NCBI GenBank assembly: GCA_046483045.1
Contig: JAWODY010000074.1
Location: 6,391-70,390, forward strand
Direction of reading: 5' to 3'
From: Anaerolineales bacterium
GTDB lineage: Bacteria > Chloroflexota > Anaerolineae > Anaerolineales > UBA11858
DNA length: 64,000 nt
A program made the position numbers and the translations under genes. This document shows positions 18,850 to 30,959 of this stretch, one piece after another (the stretch's first letter is position 1; every line of letters starts with the position of its first letter). Below the pieces are notes generated by a model that was not told the origin of the DNA, did no database searches, and saw only the letters and a list, made by a program, of their open reading frames with translations.

Positions 18850-20562
18850 CTATTCGAGCGGAGTTCCAGAAGGAGATTGACCTCCGGGAACCTCTGAGAA
18901 AATATACCAGTCAGTGACCGTTTTCAAACGATCGGAAGGTTTGAAAACAGGTCCAATTCGTACGCCCTTCACATCCTCTGATACCCCGTAGGTGTACATC
19001 GGGTAGAAAAGGGGCAAAGCCGGCATCTGGTCAACAAAACGGACTTGAAAATTCCTATACAGCCGAGCTCGTTCATCGGGATTATCAAATGTAATCCTCG
19101 CCTGCTCGATATATTTGCTGGCCTGACGATCATCCCACATCGAATAATTTTGTCCGCCAGTTGTTTGAGTCTGATGCCAAAAAGGATAAGGGTCAGGATC
19201 GGGGTTATGAGAAAGATTGAAATCGATCAACACAGCCTCGTAAACCCGGTTTTCCAGGTATTCTGCCCTCAATTCCTGATACGAGTGGGCTTCCAGATTC
19301 ACATCAAAACCAAGTGTTGACCAATCTTCCTGGATGGCTTCCGCCAGGGCTTCATGCCGCGGATCATCCGGGTAAAGGAGCGTGAACTCCAATCTGACTT
19401 CCTCCTCGTTAACACGAACCTCTCCCCCCTCAGCAGGGATAGTGTATCCCAGTTCGCGGAGAGTTTCGAGCGCTTCTTCTGGTTCATAATTATAATGGGT
19501 GATCCCCTCATAATAGGCCCATGTTTTGGGGAAAATCGGACCGTCTGCGATGACGGCTTGGCCTTCGAGAACATGATCGACCATCCACTGTCGATTAAGT
19601 CCCCTTAGCATGGCCCGCCGCAGGTCCACTTCCTGGAAAAAGGGGACTTCAGGATTGTCCAAGTTGAGAAGGACAAGGGATATTTCAGGGAGCCGAGATG
19701 TGTACAAATTGAAATCAGGTTTGTCCATTGCGGGGGTCAATATCCCCTCAGGGATCCGACCGATACCCAGAATTTCACCTTTTTCATAGGCTTCCCATGC
19801 TTCTTGGTAGGAGTCAAAATAAATAATTACAAACTCATCCAGAAAAGCTTGATCCTGATAATAATCCTCAAATTTTTTCAGAACCACACCAGATATTTGA
19901 TCGCCTTCGCCTAAAAAGCGGTCAAACTTATACGGGCCTGTCCCGATGGGGTCGAGATTGAATTCAGCGTCAACGATCTCATCGGGGGATATATCCTCCA
20001 AGATGTGGGCAGGAAGAATCCCAAAATTCAGGTAACTCAAAAAGGGAGCAAATGGTTCGGGAAGGCGAAACTGGAGGGTTTGTTCGTCCATTGCCTCCAC
20101 CTCAATATCCTTCCAGAACAATTCCACATCCCGAGGTGTGGGAAACTCCTCCTCCTTCAAGAGGTTGACCGTGAAAACGACGTCTTCACTGGTCACAGGT
20201 TGGCCATCATGCCACACAGCATCCGTTCTCAGCGAGAAGTTATAAACTTCCCCATTTCTTGAAATACCCCAGGAATTGGCAAGATCAGGTTGTGGATAGC
20301 CCTTGCTGTCATATTGAACAAGACCTGTGAACAGCAGACTGGTCACATCCTGGTCTACTGGATTATATCTAGCGAGGAGAGGGTTCAAGCGTCTTAAGGA
20401 ACCGACAAGCCCTTCCTTGTATACACCCCCTCCGGTTGGCTCCGGAGACTCAACTACAACAGGTTCCGCCTGTTGTCCCCAGAGGATAGCCGCGATGACA
20501 ATTAAAGCTAAGAGGATAATCAGAAACTGCCACCGTAATTTTTTTATGAGGTCCATAGCCAA
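18850..20562 (-). CDS. ABC transporter substrate-binding protein, family 5 (peptide/nickel type), orphan
   Basis: 570 aa with an N-terminal TM/signal segment and cluster-C SBP-like sequence ('GTGPYKF', 'W..I'). No permease or ATPase gene is adjacent. Confidence 0.75.
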   Translation of the reverse strand: MAMDLIKKLRWQFLIILLALIVIAAILWGQQAEPVVVESPEPTGGGVYKEGLVGSLRRLNPLLARYNPVDQDVTSLLFTGLVQYDSKGYPQPDLANSWGISRNGEVYNFSLRTDAVWHDGQPVTSEDVVFTVNLLKEEEFPTPRDVELFWKDIEVEAMDEQTLQFRLPEPFAPFLSYLNFGILPAHILEDISPDEIVDAEFNLDPIGTGPYKFDRFLGEGDQISGVVLKKFEDYYQDQAFLDEFVIIYFDSYQEAWEAYEKGEILGIGRIPEGILTPAMDKPDFNLYTSRLPEISLVLLNLDNPEVPFFQEVDLRRAMLRGLNRQWMVDHVLEGQAVIADGPIFPKTWAYYEGITHYNYEPEEALETLRELGYTIPAEGGEVRVNEEEVRLEFTLLYPDDPRHEALAEAIQEDWSTLGFDVNLEAHSYQELRAEYLENRVYEAVLIDFNLSHNPDPDPYPFWHQTQTTGGQNYSMWDDRQASKYIEQARITFDNPDERARLYRNFQVRFVDQMPALPLFYPMYTYGVSEDVKGVRIGPVFKPSDRLKTVTDWYIFSEVPGGQSPSGTPLE

Positions 20563-20683
20563 AATCCAATTCTGAAGCAGATTCTACCAAAACTCACGTA
20601 TACACACATAACCGGAAAATATGGATGCCCCATATTTCCCGGTATTCGTTCATTATCTGAGTCTCATGTAAAGAGAATCTCGA

Positions 20684-20908
20684 TCAGCCTGAAACAATCA
20701 CAGTAGCAATGGCGAGGCCAAAAAATAGAAAACTTAATCCAATCGTAATCCGGAAAAGTGTCTTTTCAATACCCCTCCTCGCAGAAAACACACCGCCCAT
20801 ATCAGCTCCGGTCAGGCCGCCAAGCCCAGCACCTTTGCTCTGCAGAATTACACTGGCAATCAAAGCTACTGAGGTAATGATCAACCCGATATCAAGATAC
20901 GTTTCCAC
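20684..20908 (-). CDS. secG: Preprotein translocase subunit SecG
   Basis: 74 aa with two TM helices flanking the Gly-rich loop 'LQSKGAGLGGLTGADMGGVFSARRG'. Confidence 0.85.
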   Translation of the reverse strand: METYLDIGLIITSVALIASVILQSKGAGLGGLTGADMGGVFSARRGIEKTLFRITIGLSFLFFGLAIATVIVSG

Positions 20909-21120
20909 GCCTACCCTCCTAAGACTTCCATGAATATCCTATAATCTTCTATGGTGTATGTCAGACCTGCTCTAAATCAAACCATTTCATTGACACACAA
21001 GCAGAGCGATTATACCGTCATCCCAGCTTAGTAGTCAAGCGCCCCCTCTTTGAGGGCGTGATTTTTCCCTCCCTATGCGAATAATCCTTTCATATACAGA
21101 TCAAACCCCCAAAAGAAGCC

Positions 21121-22188
21121 ATGATGAATGAAATAACTGTCAACTTACACATCCACACCACCTATTCCGACGGTACCGGCAGCCACCAAGATCTCATCCA
21201 AGCCGCCCTGCAAACAAAGGTGGATGCCATCATCGCTACAGACCACAACGTGCGTGTAAAGGGACTGGAGGGCTATTACGGGGATGAGGAAAGATCGGTT
21301 CTGCTCTTAGTTGGGGAAGAAACCCACGACCGCACGCGAGACCCACAAAAAAATCATCTGCTGATCTTCGGTATGGATGAGACGATGGTTGACAAAGCGA
21401 AGGATCCCCAAACATTGATCGAGGCTGTGAGGAAAGGAGGAGGGTTGTCATTCATCGCTCATCCCATAGACCCAGCAGCTCCTGCTGTGGATCAACCCAA
21501 TATCTCCTGGGTGAACTGGGATGTAAACGGGTATACAGGGATCGAGTTATGGAACGCTTTTTCGGAATTTAAGTCCCTTTTAAAAAGTAAACTCCACGCC
21601 ATTTTTTATGCATATTGTCCCCAACGGATCGCCCGGGGACCTTTCCGGGAAACACTGAACCTCTGGGATTCTTTAACTTCCACCGGGAAAAGGATCGCAG
21701 CTGTGGGAGGATCGGATGCCCACGCTTTGCAGGCCAGTATGGGACCCTTGCATCGCACCGTATTCCCGTATCGTTTCCACTTCCAGGGAGTAAACACTCA
21801 CCTTCTCACTCCACACCCGCTTCGTGGTAATATACACCAGGACAAAGAGATGGTTTGGCAGGCATTTCGGGAAGGTCATGCGTTCATCGGTTACGATCTC
21901 CCAAGAACCAGTAAAGGGTTCCGATATAAAGCTCACGGAAAGAACGAAACGGTGATCATGGGAGATGAAATATCCGCAAAAAACGGAGTGACGCTGCAAA
22001 TCACACTGCCGAATCGGGCGGAATGTCACCTCATCAAAGATGGAAAACTGTTGAAACGTTGGCAAGATCGCAAGATTTCCTCCCATACCACCACGGAACC
22101 CGGCGTATATCGTGTGGAATCGTATTTATTTTACAAAGGTAAAAAGAGGGGCTGGATTTACAGCAACCCCATTTACGTTCGACCCTAA
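21121..22188 (+). CDS. PHP-domain metallohydrolase (CehA/McbA-like)
   Basis: Contains 'VNLHIHTTYSDGTGS', 'ATDHN', 'IAHP' and 'GGSDAH'. The C-terminal beta-rich extension is unassigned. Confidence 0.7.
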   Translation: MMNEITVNLHIHTTYSDGTGSHQDLIQAALQTKVDAIIATDHNVRVKGLEGYYGDEERSVLLLVGEETHDRTRDPQKNHLLIFGMDETMVDKAKDPQTLIEAVRKGGGLSFIAHPIDPAAPAVDQPNISWVNWDVNGYTGIELWNAFSEFKSLLKSKLHAIFYAYCPQRIARGPFRETLNLWDSLTSTGKRIAAVGGSDAHALQASMGPLHRTVFPYRFHFQGVNTHLLTPHPLRGNIHQDKEMVWQAFREGHAFIGYDLPRTSKGFRYKAHGKNETVIMGDEISAKNGVTLQITLPNRAECHLIKDGKLLKRWQDRKISSHTTTEPGVYRVESYLFYKGKKRGWIYSNPIYVRP

Positions 22189-22197
22189 ACGTGAATT

Positions 22198-24231
22198 ATG
22201 GCATTTAATCTAAAAGCTCCATTTAAACCTACCGGTGATCAACCCCAGGCGATTGAAAAAATCATTCGGGGCGTAGAAAACGGGAAAAATGACCAGGTGC
22301 TGTTAGGCGCTACGGGAACAGGCAAGACCTACACCATGGCCAATGTCATCGAGCACCTACAAATGCCGGCATTGGTGATCGCTCACAATAAAACCCTGGC
22401 TGCTCAACTTTATGCTGAGTTCAAATCCTTCTTCCCCGAGAATGCCGTGGAATACTTTGTCAGTTATTATGATTATTATCAGCCAGAAGCCTATGTCCCG
22501 CATCAAGACCTGTACATTGAAAAGGACACCGACATCAATGAAGAAATCGATCGGCTTCGATTAGCGGCCACCACGGCACTCATGTCCCGGAAGGACGTGA
22601 TCATCGTCGCTTCGGTATCCTGTATCTACGGGTTGGGAAGTCCTGACGCGTACGGAAAAGTGGTTATCGAGCTTCAACAAGGGGAAATCTACCGCCGCAA
22701 TGCCCTTCTGCGCCAGCTCATCGAAGGGCAGTACGAGCGGAATGAAGTGGAGTTGAAACCGGGCACGTTCCGCGTTCGCGGCGATACCCTTGAAATTGCT
22801 CCCGCTTATGAAAATGATTTTCTGTACCGGATCTCATTCTTTGGGGATGAGGTGGAACGCATCACCCGCATCCACCGCGTGACAGGAGAAATCCTGGAAT
22901 CTCCGGACACGGTAAACATCTATCCCGCCAAACATTACATCACTGAAGAGGAAAAGCTGCAAAGGGCGATCCAGAATATTGAAGAAGAGCTGGAAGATCA
23001 ACTGGCCTATTTTAAGTCCGTCGGGAAACTGTTAGAAGCTCAGCGCCTCGAGCAGCGCACGAAATACGACCTGGAAATGCTGCGGGAGGTGGGGTACTGT
23101 TCTGGGATTGAGAATTATTCCCGACACCTGGACCAACGGCCCCCAAATTCACCGCCCTGGACTTTGATGGATTACCTGCCCCAAGAATACCTCTTAATCA
23201 TCGACGAATCCCACATGACCATACCGCAGATCCGGGGCATGTTCAACGGCGACCGGTCTCGAAAGGCTACTTTGGTGGAACATGGATTCCGTCTTCCCTC
23301 TGCTCTGGACAACCGACCTCTGACCTTCGACGAATTCGAAGGGAAAATGGGATACACCGTGTACACTTCCGCGACACCCGGTCCCTATGAACTTGAAAAA
23401 GCGCCCGAGGTCATCGACCAGGTCATCCGCCCCACAGGTCTCGTGGATCCCCAGATCGACGTCCGACCCATAGAAGGCCAGGTGGATGACCTGATCGGGG
23501 AAATTTACCAGCGCACCGAGCGGGGTGAACGGGTTTTGGTGACCACATTAACCAAGCGGATGGCGGAAGACCTTGCGGACTACCTCCGGGACACCGGGAT
23601 CAAAGTCCATTATCTGCACTCTGAAATCGATACGATTGAAAGGGTAGGCATCCTGCGAGATTTGAGATTGGGGGTCTACGATGTGGTGGTAGGGATCAAC
23701 CTGCTCCGGGAAGGGCTTGACCTTCCCGAGGTCTCCCTTGTAGCCATTCTGGACGCCGATAAATCTGGGTTCCTACGCTCGGACACAGCACTCATTCAAA
23801 CCATTGGCCGAGCAGCGCGTCACGTGAATGGAAAAGTGGTTATGTATGCAGATGAGATCACACCTGCCATGCAAAACGCGATTGACGAGACCAATCGACG
23901 TCGAGAAATCCAAATCGCATTCAACGAAGAACACGATATCAAACCGGTCAGCATCAAGAAATCCATCAGTGACATTACAGATCGTGTCCCCATGAAAGCT
24001 GTCTCAGAAGCAGAGGGGGAATATGGCGCGGAGAGCGTACGCGGTATCCCAGAAGATGAGCTGCGGGATATCATCGCGGACTTGAAACAACAAATGCTGA
24101 CAACAGCTGACAATCTGGAGTTTGAAAAAGCGGCTGCTTTACGCGACCAAATTTTTGAACTGCGGGAGATCTTAGCCCTGGAAAGCGATATGAAACCCTG
24201 GGAGAAAATACAGCTCTTGGCTGGTGATTAA
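22198..24231 (+). CDS. uvrB: Excinuclease ABC subunit B
   Basis: 677 aa with 'GDQPQAI', the Walker A 'GATGTGKT', 'DESH', helicase motifs, and the C-terminal UVR motif '[13 protein letters not shown]'. Confidence 0.95.
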   Translation: MAFNLKAPFKPTGDQPQAIEKIIRGVENGKNDQVLLGATGTGKTYTMANVIEHLQMPALVIAHNKTLAAQLYAEFKSFFPENAVEYFVSYYDYYQPEAYVPHQDLYIEKDTDINEEIDRLRLAATTALMSRKDVIIVASVSCIYGLGSPDAYGKVVIELQQGEIYRRNALLRQLIEGQYERNEVELKPGTFRVRGDTLEIAPAYENDFLYRISFFGDEVERITRIHRVTGEILESPDTVNIYPAKHYITEEEKLQRAIQNIEEELEDQLAYFKSVGKLLEAQRLEQRTKYDLEMLREVGYCSGIENYSRHLDQRPPNSPPWTLMDYLPQEYLLIIDESHMTIPQIRGMFNGDRSRKATLVEHGFRLPSALDNRPLTFDEFEGKMGYTVYTSATPGPYELEKAPEVIDQVIRPTGLVDPQIDVRPIEGQVDDLIGEIYQRTERGERVLVTTLTKRMAEDLADYLRDTGIKVHYLHSEIDTIERVGILRDLRLGVYDVVVGINLLREGLDLPEVSLVAILDADKSGFLRSDTALIQTIGRAARHVNGKVVMYADEITPAMQNAIDETNRRREIQIAFNEEHDIKPVSIKKSISDITDRVPMKAVSEAEGEYGAESVRGIPEDELRDIIADLKQQMLTTADNLEFEKAAALRDQIFELREILALESDMKPWEKIQLLAGD

Positions 24232-24250
24232 GGTTATTTGAGTTCCCCTC

Positions 24251-24760
24251 TTAAGATCCGGATTCTTCCTGAGAACGAATAAAGTGCTGGATGGTAAAAG
24301 GATGTTCGTTTGCCCCCTTCGCTTGATAGTGCCTCTCATCCTCTAACGTCCAAGATTTCAAATCAAACGCCGGGAAAAACGTATCCGCCTTCGCATCAGT
24401 GTGTACCCGGGTCAAATACAACTGGTCCGCCCAGGGCAGCGCTTCACGATATACAGATGCACCTCCAATGATAAACACCTCGCCTTCCCCTCGCGCTTCA
24501 GCCAGCGAGAGCGCTTCCAGAAGGGAATGAACCACAAGACATCCCGCAGCTCGAAAGTCTGGATTGCGAGTGAGGATGATCATCGTCCGCCCCGGCAATT
24601 TTTTCCCAATGGATTGAAAAGTTTTCCGCCCCATGATCAAATGGTGCCCCATGGTGACCTCTTTGAAATGCTGGAGATCCTGGGAGATATGCCAAGGAAG
24701 CTTACCCGCCTTTCCAATCCCTCCTTTTTCATCCATGGCCACAATCAAAGAGATGATCAT
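24251..24760 (-). CDS. folA: Dihydrofolate reductase
   Basis: Contains '[24 protein letters not shown]', 'MGRKTF.SI' and 'IIGGASVY'. It overlaps thyA by 4 nt. Confidence 0.9.
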   Translation of the reverse strand: MIISLIVAMDEKGGIGKAGKLPWHISQDLQHFKEVTMGHHLIMGRKTFQSIGKKLPGRTMIILTRNPDFRAAGCLVVHSLLEALSLAEARGEGEVFIIGGASVYREALPWADQLYLTRVHTDAKADTFFPAFDLKSWTLEDERHYQAKGANEHPFTIQHFIRSQEESGS

Positions 24761-25551
24761 ACGGAAACCTTGGCCTTGATATGGGGATGTGCTTGATATC
24801 CCCTGAGCAGGAAATCCTCATATTTAAAATCAAAAATTGAGTCCACTTCCGGGTTGATCTGTATTTCCGGTAAAGGATAAGGCTTCCTGCTTAACTGCAA
24901 ACGGGCTTGATCAAGATGGTTCAAGTAAAGGTGAGCATCCCCCAACGTATGGACAAAATCCCCTGGCTTGAGATCGCACACCTGCGCAACCATCAAGGTC
25001 AGAAGGGCATAGGAAGCGATATTAAATGGGACGCCCAAAAAGACATCTGCCGAACGTTGGTACAGCTGACATGATAACCGCTGATCCGCGACATAAAATT
25101 GGAACAACAGATGACAGGGGGGGAGGGCCATTTTGTCAATTTCTCCCACGTTCCAAGCGCTGACGATGATACGTCGGGAATCCGGGTTCTCCTTGAGTTG
25201 ATCAACAACCCTGCAGAGTTGATCAATCTTTTTACCATCTTTCGTTTCCCAAGACCGCCATTGAGCACCGTACACAGGACCCAACTCACCCTTTTCGTCG
25301 GCCCATTCATCCCAGATACTTACGCCGTGATCCTGGAGGAACCCTACATTTGAATCCCCCTTAATAAACCACAACAATTCATAGATGATGGATTTCAGGT
25401 GAAGCTTTTTAGTCGTTACCAGAGGAAACCCTTTTTGTAAATCAAAACGCATCTGGTAACCAAAAACAGAACGGGTACCGGTACCGGTCCGATCTCCCTT
25501 CTCCACTCCATGTTCAAGGATATGTTTTAATAAATCCAAATATTGTCGCAT
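24757..25551 (-). CDS. thyA: Thymidylate synthase (ThyA type)
   Basis: Contains '[13 protein letters not shown]....DRTGTGT.S.FG', 'LPPCH.LFQFYV' and '[12 protein letters not shown]'. Confidence 0.95.
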   Translation of the reverse strand: MRQYLDLLKHILEHGVEKGDRTGTGTRSVFGYQMRFDLQKGFPLVTTKKLHLKSIIYELLWFIKGDSNVGFLQDHGVSIWDEWADEKGELGPVYGAQWRSWETKDGKKIDQLCRVVDQLKENPDSRRIIVSAWNVGEIDKMALPPCHLLFQFYVADQRLSCQLYQRSADVFLGVPFNIASYALLTLMVAQVCDLKPGDFVHTLGDAHLYLNHLDQARLQLSRKPYPLPEIQINPEVDSIFDFKYEDFLLRGYQAHPHIKAKVSV

Positions 25552-25767
25552 GGCAACCTCACAAGGAATTAATCCAGATCGGTAAATGCTTAAAAGAATG
25601 CTACCACAAAGAGTTCCTCCCTTCCTCCCCTCAGCACAGGAAACCTATCCAAATATCACACAACAGAGACAGCTCCGGAGAGGCCAGGTATACAAATTTC
25701 AAGAAAAGGAAATCCCTGGATCCATGAGTGGTTAGACCCCCTCCCTACCGAACAGATTGCCCTTTAC

Positions 25768-25803
25768 GAAAAAAAGATCGAATTCCATTGGGGACCTTCG
25801 ACC
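25768..25803 (-). terminator. Possible terminator downstream of pncB
   Basis: The minus strand has ggtcgaa-(14 nt)-ttcgatc followed by T7. The stem is only 7 bp with one G-U pair. Confidence 0.4.
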
Positions 25804-25848
25804 TTTTTAAATATATATTGCCGACCATCCACAATCACAATTGTTGGT

Positions 25849-27390
25849 TTATGCCAAACGCTCAATCAGGTCACGTTTCAAATCCCACAACCTTTCTGTG
25901 AGTGAGACATGGTAAATATGGGGATTCATCAAGCGGCAAACCCCGGGATCTAATTTTGAAACATCATCCAACCTTCGTTCCCGCAAACGTTCCAAGGGAG
26001 GAATCTCAATGACGACCTCCCCATCCACCCAAACTTCTTCCAGCAAAGGTTCGATATGATCCACATCAGACTGCTGTAAAATCCGAAAGACAGCGTGTTC
26101 CGCGAGGTGATGGAGTACCAACTCATCCATGTCCCGCGGATCTTCATCTTCCAGACTAAGGATGTCAACAGTAGCTCTTCCGCGCCGATCATAAGCCCGC
26201 CAGACATGCTTGTGACCTGGATTAGGGACCTTAGCAGGATTTTCGGAAATCTTGATTGCCGGAACCCATTCAGCGTTTTCACGAACGGCTACCAACTTGT
26301 ACACCCCGTCAAGCGCGGCGTGTCCTTGAGAGGTAATCAACCTTGTGCCGACGCCATACACCAAAGAGTCGATGACCCGATCTGGGTTCACAGCACAGCA
26401 TTCAGATTCCTTCTGGATTTGGGTCAGGATTTGCCACAAAACTAATTCATCCAATTGATTAGAAAGGACGATAATCGTATCCTCGAATCCTGCCTCATCC
26501 AGCATCTTCCGGGCCTGAATGCTTAAAAAAGCCAAATCCCCGGAATCCAAGCGAATACCAACAGGTTGATGGCCTTTTTGCTTCAATTCCTCAAATACCT
26601 TGATCGCATTGGGAATACCGCTTTCCAAGGTATCCACCGTGTCCACTAACAAAAGGCAGTCATCCGGATAAACATCCGCATAGGCCCGGAAAGCATCTAA
26701 TTCGCTCCCGCCCAGGGCAAGGAAAACCTGCACCATACTGTGGGCATGCGTTCCTTTCGGTTCAATACCGAGGATATGGGATGCACCGACGTTGGATGAG
26801 AAATCAGCTCCGCCAATCAGCGCGGCCCTGGTCCCGGCGTTTGCTCCTTTTTCGGGACCTCGCCGGAGTCCAAACTCCAACAAAAGGCCATTTCCCCCAC
26901 TATGATGTATCCGTGAGGCTTTGGTGGCAATCAGCGTTTGAAAATTCAGATGATTCAACAGAGAGGTCTCTAATATTTGGGCCCAGGCTAAAGGACCCTG
27001 AACAGTGGTGAGAGGGACATCAGGGTGCACAACCCTTCCTTCCGGAATCGCTTTCATTGTCAGATTCGCAAATGGGGGGGAAGATTTTAACCAGGAAAGG
27101 AAATCCTCATTGAAAACCGGTTCCCCCGTGTTTCCCGTCTGGCTTCTCAGGTATGAGATCTCTTCTTCCCCGACCTGAAGACCTTCCATCCAATCAAGCA
27201 GCCATTCCAGCCCCGCGTTGACGCAGTACCCCGCTTTGTGCTGCCCGTAATCCGGATAACTGCGGAAGAAATGATCAAACTGTGCCATTTTTTCATGCAT
27301 GCCCATCCGATAATAAAGTTGAGCCATGGTCAGCTGATATTGATCTGTCAACAATATGCCTTCTGCTATGGATCGCTCTCTGGAATTCAT
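25849..27390 (-). CDS. pncB: Nicotinate phosphoribosyltransferase
   Basis: 513 aa with '[15 protein letters not shown]', 'EFGLRR', 'GTHAHS' and 'GIRLDSGD'. Confidence 0.88.
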   Translation of the reverse strand: MNSRERSIAEGILLTDQYQLTMAQLYYRMGMHEKMAQFDHFFRSYPDYGQHKAGYCVNAGLEWLLDWMEGLQVGEEEISYLRSQTGNTGEPVFNEDFLSWLKSSPPFANLTMKAIPEGRVVHPDVPLTTVQGPLAWAQILETSLLNHLNFQTLIATKASRIHHSGGNGLLLEFGLRRGPEKGANAGTRAALIGGADFSSNVGASHILGIEPKGTHAHSMVQVFLALGGSELDAFRAYADVYPDDCLLLVDTVDTLESGIPNAIKVFEELKQKGHQPVGIRLDSGDLAFLSIQARKMLDEAGFEDTIIVLSNQLDELVLWQILTQIQKESECCAVNPDRVIDSLVYGVGTRLITSQGHAALDGVYKLVAVRENAEWVPAIKISENPAKVPNPGHKHVWRAYDRRGRATVDILSLEDEDPRDMDELVLHHLAEHAVFRILQQSDVDHIEPLLEEVWVDGEVVIEIPPLERLRERRLDDVSKLDPGVCRLMNPHIYHVSLTERLWDLKRDLIERLA

Positions 27391-27623
27391 AGAATCCTTT
27401 TACTTACCTCTAATTTGTCGTGAAATGTCTTCTAGGAATCTCACAAGCCAAAAAATTTCTAGCCAGAATGTATGATATCACAGTCGGTTGGAGCGAAATT
27501 GTTTTTGACCTCCCATGTTTTCGATCTCATTATGTGGATTTGTTGATTCCATTGCTGAACCCAGACACTGGGTCTGAGAAACAGCAACCAGTAGTTTTAC
27601 CCAACATCCACCAATAGTCTCAA

Positions 27624-28175
27624 ATGGCTGTGTTAAAATCTCCCACACAGATCCTAATTTGCAGCCAATTCAGAGGTGACCCTGTGCCCACTAATAATGT
27701 CACTCGTTTTTTGGACAGCCGCAAGATCCCTTATAAGGCTTTTGCCCTCCCCGCTGAGAAACAGAGCGCTGAGGAAACGGCAGCATTTCTAGATGTCCCC
27801 CTGCCATTGATTTACAAAAGCATCGTAGTCACGAGAAAGAATGGTGGAAAAGAAATTCTTGCAGTGGTCCCAGGAGATAAAGAGGTGGATACCGGTGCTT
27901 TAGCCAAAGCCGTGGGAGAGAAAAAAGTCAAAGTCTCCTCTCAAAAAGAAGCGGAGCGCACCACTGGTTTGCAGGTGGGCGGGATTTCACCCCTGGTTTT
28001 AATTCAAAAAGGATTTGACATCATACTTGATGCTTCCGCTGAAGAACACGAAACCATTCACGTATCCGGAGGAGAATTGGGAGTCAACATACAGCTCCCC
28101 GTCGATGCCCTTATTGAATGCACCCATGCTCTCGTAGCACAGATCAGCCGGACCCCATCGACAGGTAGTCATTAA
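27624..28175 (+). CDS. ybaK: YbaK/EbsC-family aminoacyl-tRNA deacylase (Cys-tRNA(Pro) type)
   Basis: Contains 'VTRFLDSRKIPYKAF', 'IYKSIVV', 'LQVGGISPL' and 'VSGGELGVNIQL'. The true start may be the in-frame GTG at 27684, preceded by 'agaggtga'. Confidence 0.75.
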   Translation: MAVLKSPTQILICSQFRGDPVPTNNVTRFLDSRKIPYKAFALPAEKQSAEETAAFLDVPLPLIYKSIVVTRKNGGKEILAVVPGDKEVDTGALAKAVGEKKVKVSSQKEAERTTGLQVGGISPLVLIQKGFDIILDASAEEHETIHVSGGELGVNIQLPVDALIECTHALVAQISRTPSTGSH

Positions 28176-28180
28176 CATTA

Positions 28181-28222
28181 ACACCCACGAAGGTTCCTCT
28201 TCGTGGGTGTTTCGTTTGTTTG
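28181..28222. terminator. Intrinsic terminator between convergent ybaK and lipoprotein genes
   Basis: A perfect 12-bp stem acacccacgaag/cttcgtgggtgt with a 6-nt loop, followed by 'ttcgtttgtttg'. Confidence 0.8.
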
Positions 28223-28236
28223 TCTTATTGAGTTGC

Positions 28237-28743
28237 TTAATACTCCCCTACCTTTTCGCCATTTACCCAGAAAGAAATCCCCTCGTCCTTAAAGGATCCC
28301 AGAGGAATATTCACTTCAAACGGTTCAAGAACCTGGGCACACATCTGTTCGGGGTCTGTCAGGGAATAAATTTCGATGTCTACCCTCTGATCATCACCTT
28401 TTTCAGATATTTTAGCTCGCAATTGATGACAAGGCGTGGGCAGGTTACCTTCTACCTGAAGGGATATTTGCACAGGCCAGCTCTCCATGATCAGCAAATC
28501 AATCTTCTCGAGCTGAACGTCCCCTCGCTCAAGGTCCTGATCACCCGCCTGTGGTGCGAACGGTCGACCCTCTTCACTGTCCTCTGTTGCCTGATCATGA
28601 GAAGGGGAGACCGCTGTGGACGATTGTGTGTCGGGGGGAACATCCGTGGTCGATGGAGCTGAATCCATCCCACATGCGGTACTTAAAACCGTGACACTAA
28701 TAACCAGCACAGAGAGCAAAATCCAATAAATTTGTTTCTTCAT
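28237..28743 (-). CDS. Hypothetical exported protein / probable lipoprotein
   Basis: Signal peptide 'MKKQIYWILLSVLVISVTVLSTAC', a low-complexity linker, and a C-terminal domain of about 100 aa with two Cys. I could not assign a family. Confidence 0.6.
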   Translation of the reverse strand: MKKQIYWILLSVLVISVTVLSTACGMDSAPSTTDVPPDTQSSTAVSPSHDQATEDSEEGRPFAPQAGDQDLERGDVQLEKIDLLIMESWPVQISLQVEGNLPTPCHQLRAKISEKGDDQRVDIEIYSLTDPEQMCAQVLEPFEVNIPLGSFKDEGISFWVNGEKVGEY

Positions 28744-28809
28744 TTCTTAACCTCCTGTCCACTTATCTTGCTTACAAGGTTAAGACGCAAATCATCCCCA
28801 AATTGTTCC

Positions 28810-30261
28810 CTATCCTTTGACAACTGCTAAGGGGGTCAATAAGGCGACTTTATCCGCTATCCCCGCACTATCCACAGCATTCACAACAGCATCCACGTCT
28901 TTGTAGGCAAGCGGGGCTTCCTCCGCTAACCCGGCCATAGACTTGGCCCTGATGTGAATCCCTTCTCTTTCCAGATCCTCTTTGAGATCCTCACCCCAGA
29001 CCTCGTGCTTAGCTTGAGTGCGGCTCATCGTCCTCCCCGCTCCGTGGCATGTCGAGCCAAATGAGCGTTCCATGCTGGCTGCAGTCCCTTTCAATACCCA
29101 GGAGGCGGTGCCCATGCTCCCTGGCACCAAGACCGGTTGGCCAATACGTTTATATTCCGGCGGCAGATCTTCAGAGCCGGGCGGGAATGCACGGGTGGCT
29201 CCCTTACGATGGACGCATACTTTCATCGCCTCCCCGTCTATCATATGGGTTTCAATTTTACCCATGTTATGGGCCACATCATACACCTGTTTGAGATGCC
29301 AATCCTCGACCTCACCGGCCAGCACATTTTCAAATGCCCGCCGGGAATAATACGCCAGCAGCTGTCGATTCGCAAAAGCGAAGTTTGCTGCACAACGCAT
29401 GGCTGCCAGATAGTTTTTCCCATCCGGGGTATTCATGGGCGCACAGACCAACTCCCGATCGGGGAGTTCGATTCCGTAGCGGTTGACTGCACTCTGGAAG
29501 CTCTGCACATAATCCGTGCAAACCTGATGCCCAAACCCGCGAGATCCGGTATGGATCTGAAGGGCAATGTTCCCTTCCCGCAATCCCATCACTTCCGCTG
29601 CATCCTCGTCAAAAACTTTGGCGATTAAATCCACCTCCAGGAAATGGTTGCCGGAACCCAACGTTCCAACCTGGCTTTTCCCGCGGTTCAGCGCTCGTTG
29701 GCTGACCTTATCGGGATCGGCCCCATCTAACCTTCCTCCTTCCTCAGTTCGGCGCACATCCTGACCGGTGGCATAGCCTTCTTTCTTCGACCACTGGCTG
29801 CCCTCTCTCAATAATCGGCGCATCTCATCTTTACCCAGACGCAAATGTCCGCTCACACCGACGCCACTTGGACACTGGCGGTGCAGTTCCGTGGCCAGAT
29901 CGCTCAAAAAGGGCTTCACTTCATCATGCAGCATATTCGTGGACATCAGCCTCACCCCACAGTTGATGTCATATCCAATGGCACCCGGCGAGATCACGCC
30001 ATCTGGATATCGGGTTGCCGCGACCCCGCCAATAGGAAAACCATATCCCTGGTGCATATCCGGCATGACGACCACATTTCCTACCAATCCGGGCAAACAA
30101 GCTGTGTTCACAGCCTGATCTAAGGATTTGTCCCGGGTGACCTCTTCTATAAGCTCTTCTGAAGCTATAATCCTTACAGAAACGTTCATATCATCCCGGT
30201 AGGTCTTGGGGATCTCCCACTCGTTTTCTGCTATCCGATTTAAATCTCGTAGATCAACCAT
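28810..30261 (-). CDS. rtcB: RNA 3'-phosphate/2',3'-cyclic phosphate ligase RtcB
   Basis: 483 aa with '[15 protein letters not shown]', 'DINCGVRL', '[10 protein letters not shown]', '[11 protein letters not shown]' and 'HGAGR'. Confidence 0.93.
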   Translation of the reverse strand: MVDLRDLNRIAENEWEIPKTYRDDMNVSVRIIASEELIEEVTRDKSLDQAVNTACLPGLVGNVVVMPDMHQGYGFPIGGVAATRYPDGVISPGAIGYDINCGVRLMSTNMLHDEVKPFLSDLATELHRQCPSGVGVSGHLRLGKDEMRRLLREGSQWSKKEGYATGQDVRRTEEGGRLDGADPDKVSQRALNRGKSQVGTLGSGNHFLEVDLIAKVFDEDAAEVMGLREGNIALQIHTGSRGFGHQVCTDYVQSFQSAVNRYGIELPDRELVCAPMNTPDGKNYLAAMRCAANFAFANRQLLAYYSRRAFENVLAGEVEDWHLKQVYDVAHNMGKIETHMIDGEAMKVCVHRKGATRAFPPGSEDLPPEYKRIGQPVLVPGSMGTASWVLKGTAASMERSFGSTCHGAGRTMSRTQAKHEVWGEDLKEDLEREGIHIRAKSMAGLAEEAPLAYKDVDAVVNAVDSAGIADKVALLTPLAVVKG

Positions 30262-30287
30262 AGTAGATACCTCACAACGTCTAAAAA

Positions 30288-30710
30288 CTAGATATCAAAT
30301 ACGATCCTTACCTGCCATCCTGTGTCCAGCTCTTGAATCTCAAGGTTGTGGAAGGTTACAGCTTTAATATCTCTGTTTAGATCCTTGACAATCGTACCTT
30401 CCAGCTGGGCTTGAAGGCGACCCTTCCCTTGAAACTCCAAATCAAATTCTTGAAAAACAATACGTTCCGTCTCCAGATAAAAGAGGACTTCATTTAAGTA
30501 CGCCACCAAAAGGCTCTCTGTGTCCATTCCCTTCACGGAAAAGGATCGCGATCTGGTTGATTGCTTATTTTCCTCCTTCCGAATTTGGGAGAGATGATAC
30601 ATCCCTTTTGCTGCCTGTATGAACAAAGCGTTCAGATCATCCCCCCACACCTTGATCTCCACATCCGCCGTGTGCTCAATTTCCTGGAAACCAGCTTCCT
30701 TTTCGCTCAT
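30288..30710 (-). CDS. Archease (RtcB activator family)
   Basis: From ATG 30710: '[37 protein letters not shown]' and the C-terminal '[11 protein letters not shown]'. It lies 26 nt downstream of rtcB. The longer ORF-track start (30782) adds non-conserved residues. Confidence 0.8.
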   Translation of the reverse strand: MSEKEAGFQEIEHTADVEIKVWGDDLNALFIQAAKGMYHLSQIRKEENKQSTRSRSFSVKGMDTESLLVAYLNEVLFYLETERIVFQEFDLEFQGKGRLQAQLEGTIVKDLNRDIKAVTFHNLEIQELDTGWQVRIVFDI

Positions 30711-30959
30711 ATCTAAGTACAGTATAACAAAGCTTAAAGAAAACCGGTCACAAGACGATATATCTTCCGATCTAGTTTTCACTCCAAATCACGAAGAATC
30801 GCAGCCTGATTCTGGCTGCTAATACCGCACCTATCACATCCCTCTCTTGTCCATTCCCGTAGATTCTTCTATAATTCGATTGACAGGCAGCATTAAAGCC
30901 AGAACACAAATTATGCCAACGTTGTTCTTATAATCAACTTTTCCCCCAAAGGAAAGAAA

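Noticed and set aside
21121-22188. The PHP-domain protein as the missing histidinol-phosphate phosphatase (HisK type).
   Set aside because: It is unlinked to the his operon, at 355 aa it is larger than HisK-type enzymes, and its C-terminal extension resembles CehA/McbA-type hydrolases. I cannot exclude it, so it is not asserted.
27391-27623. A possible NAD+-class riboswitch in the pncB leader, and the 65-aa ORF 27420..27617.
   Set aside because: The minus-strand leader shows none of the conserved nadA-motif blocks I can recall. The small ORF has no RBS and an implausible composition.
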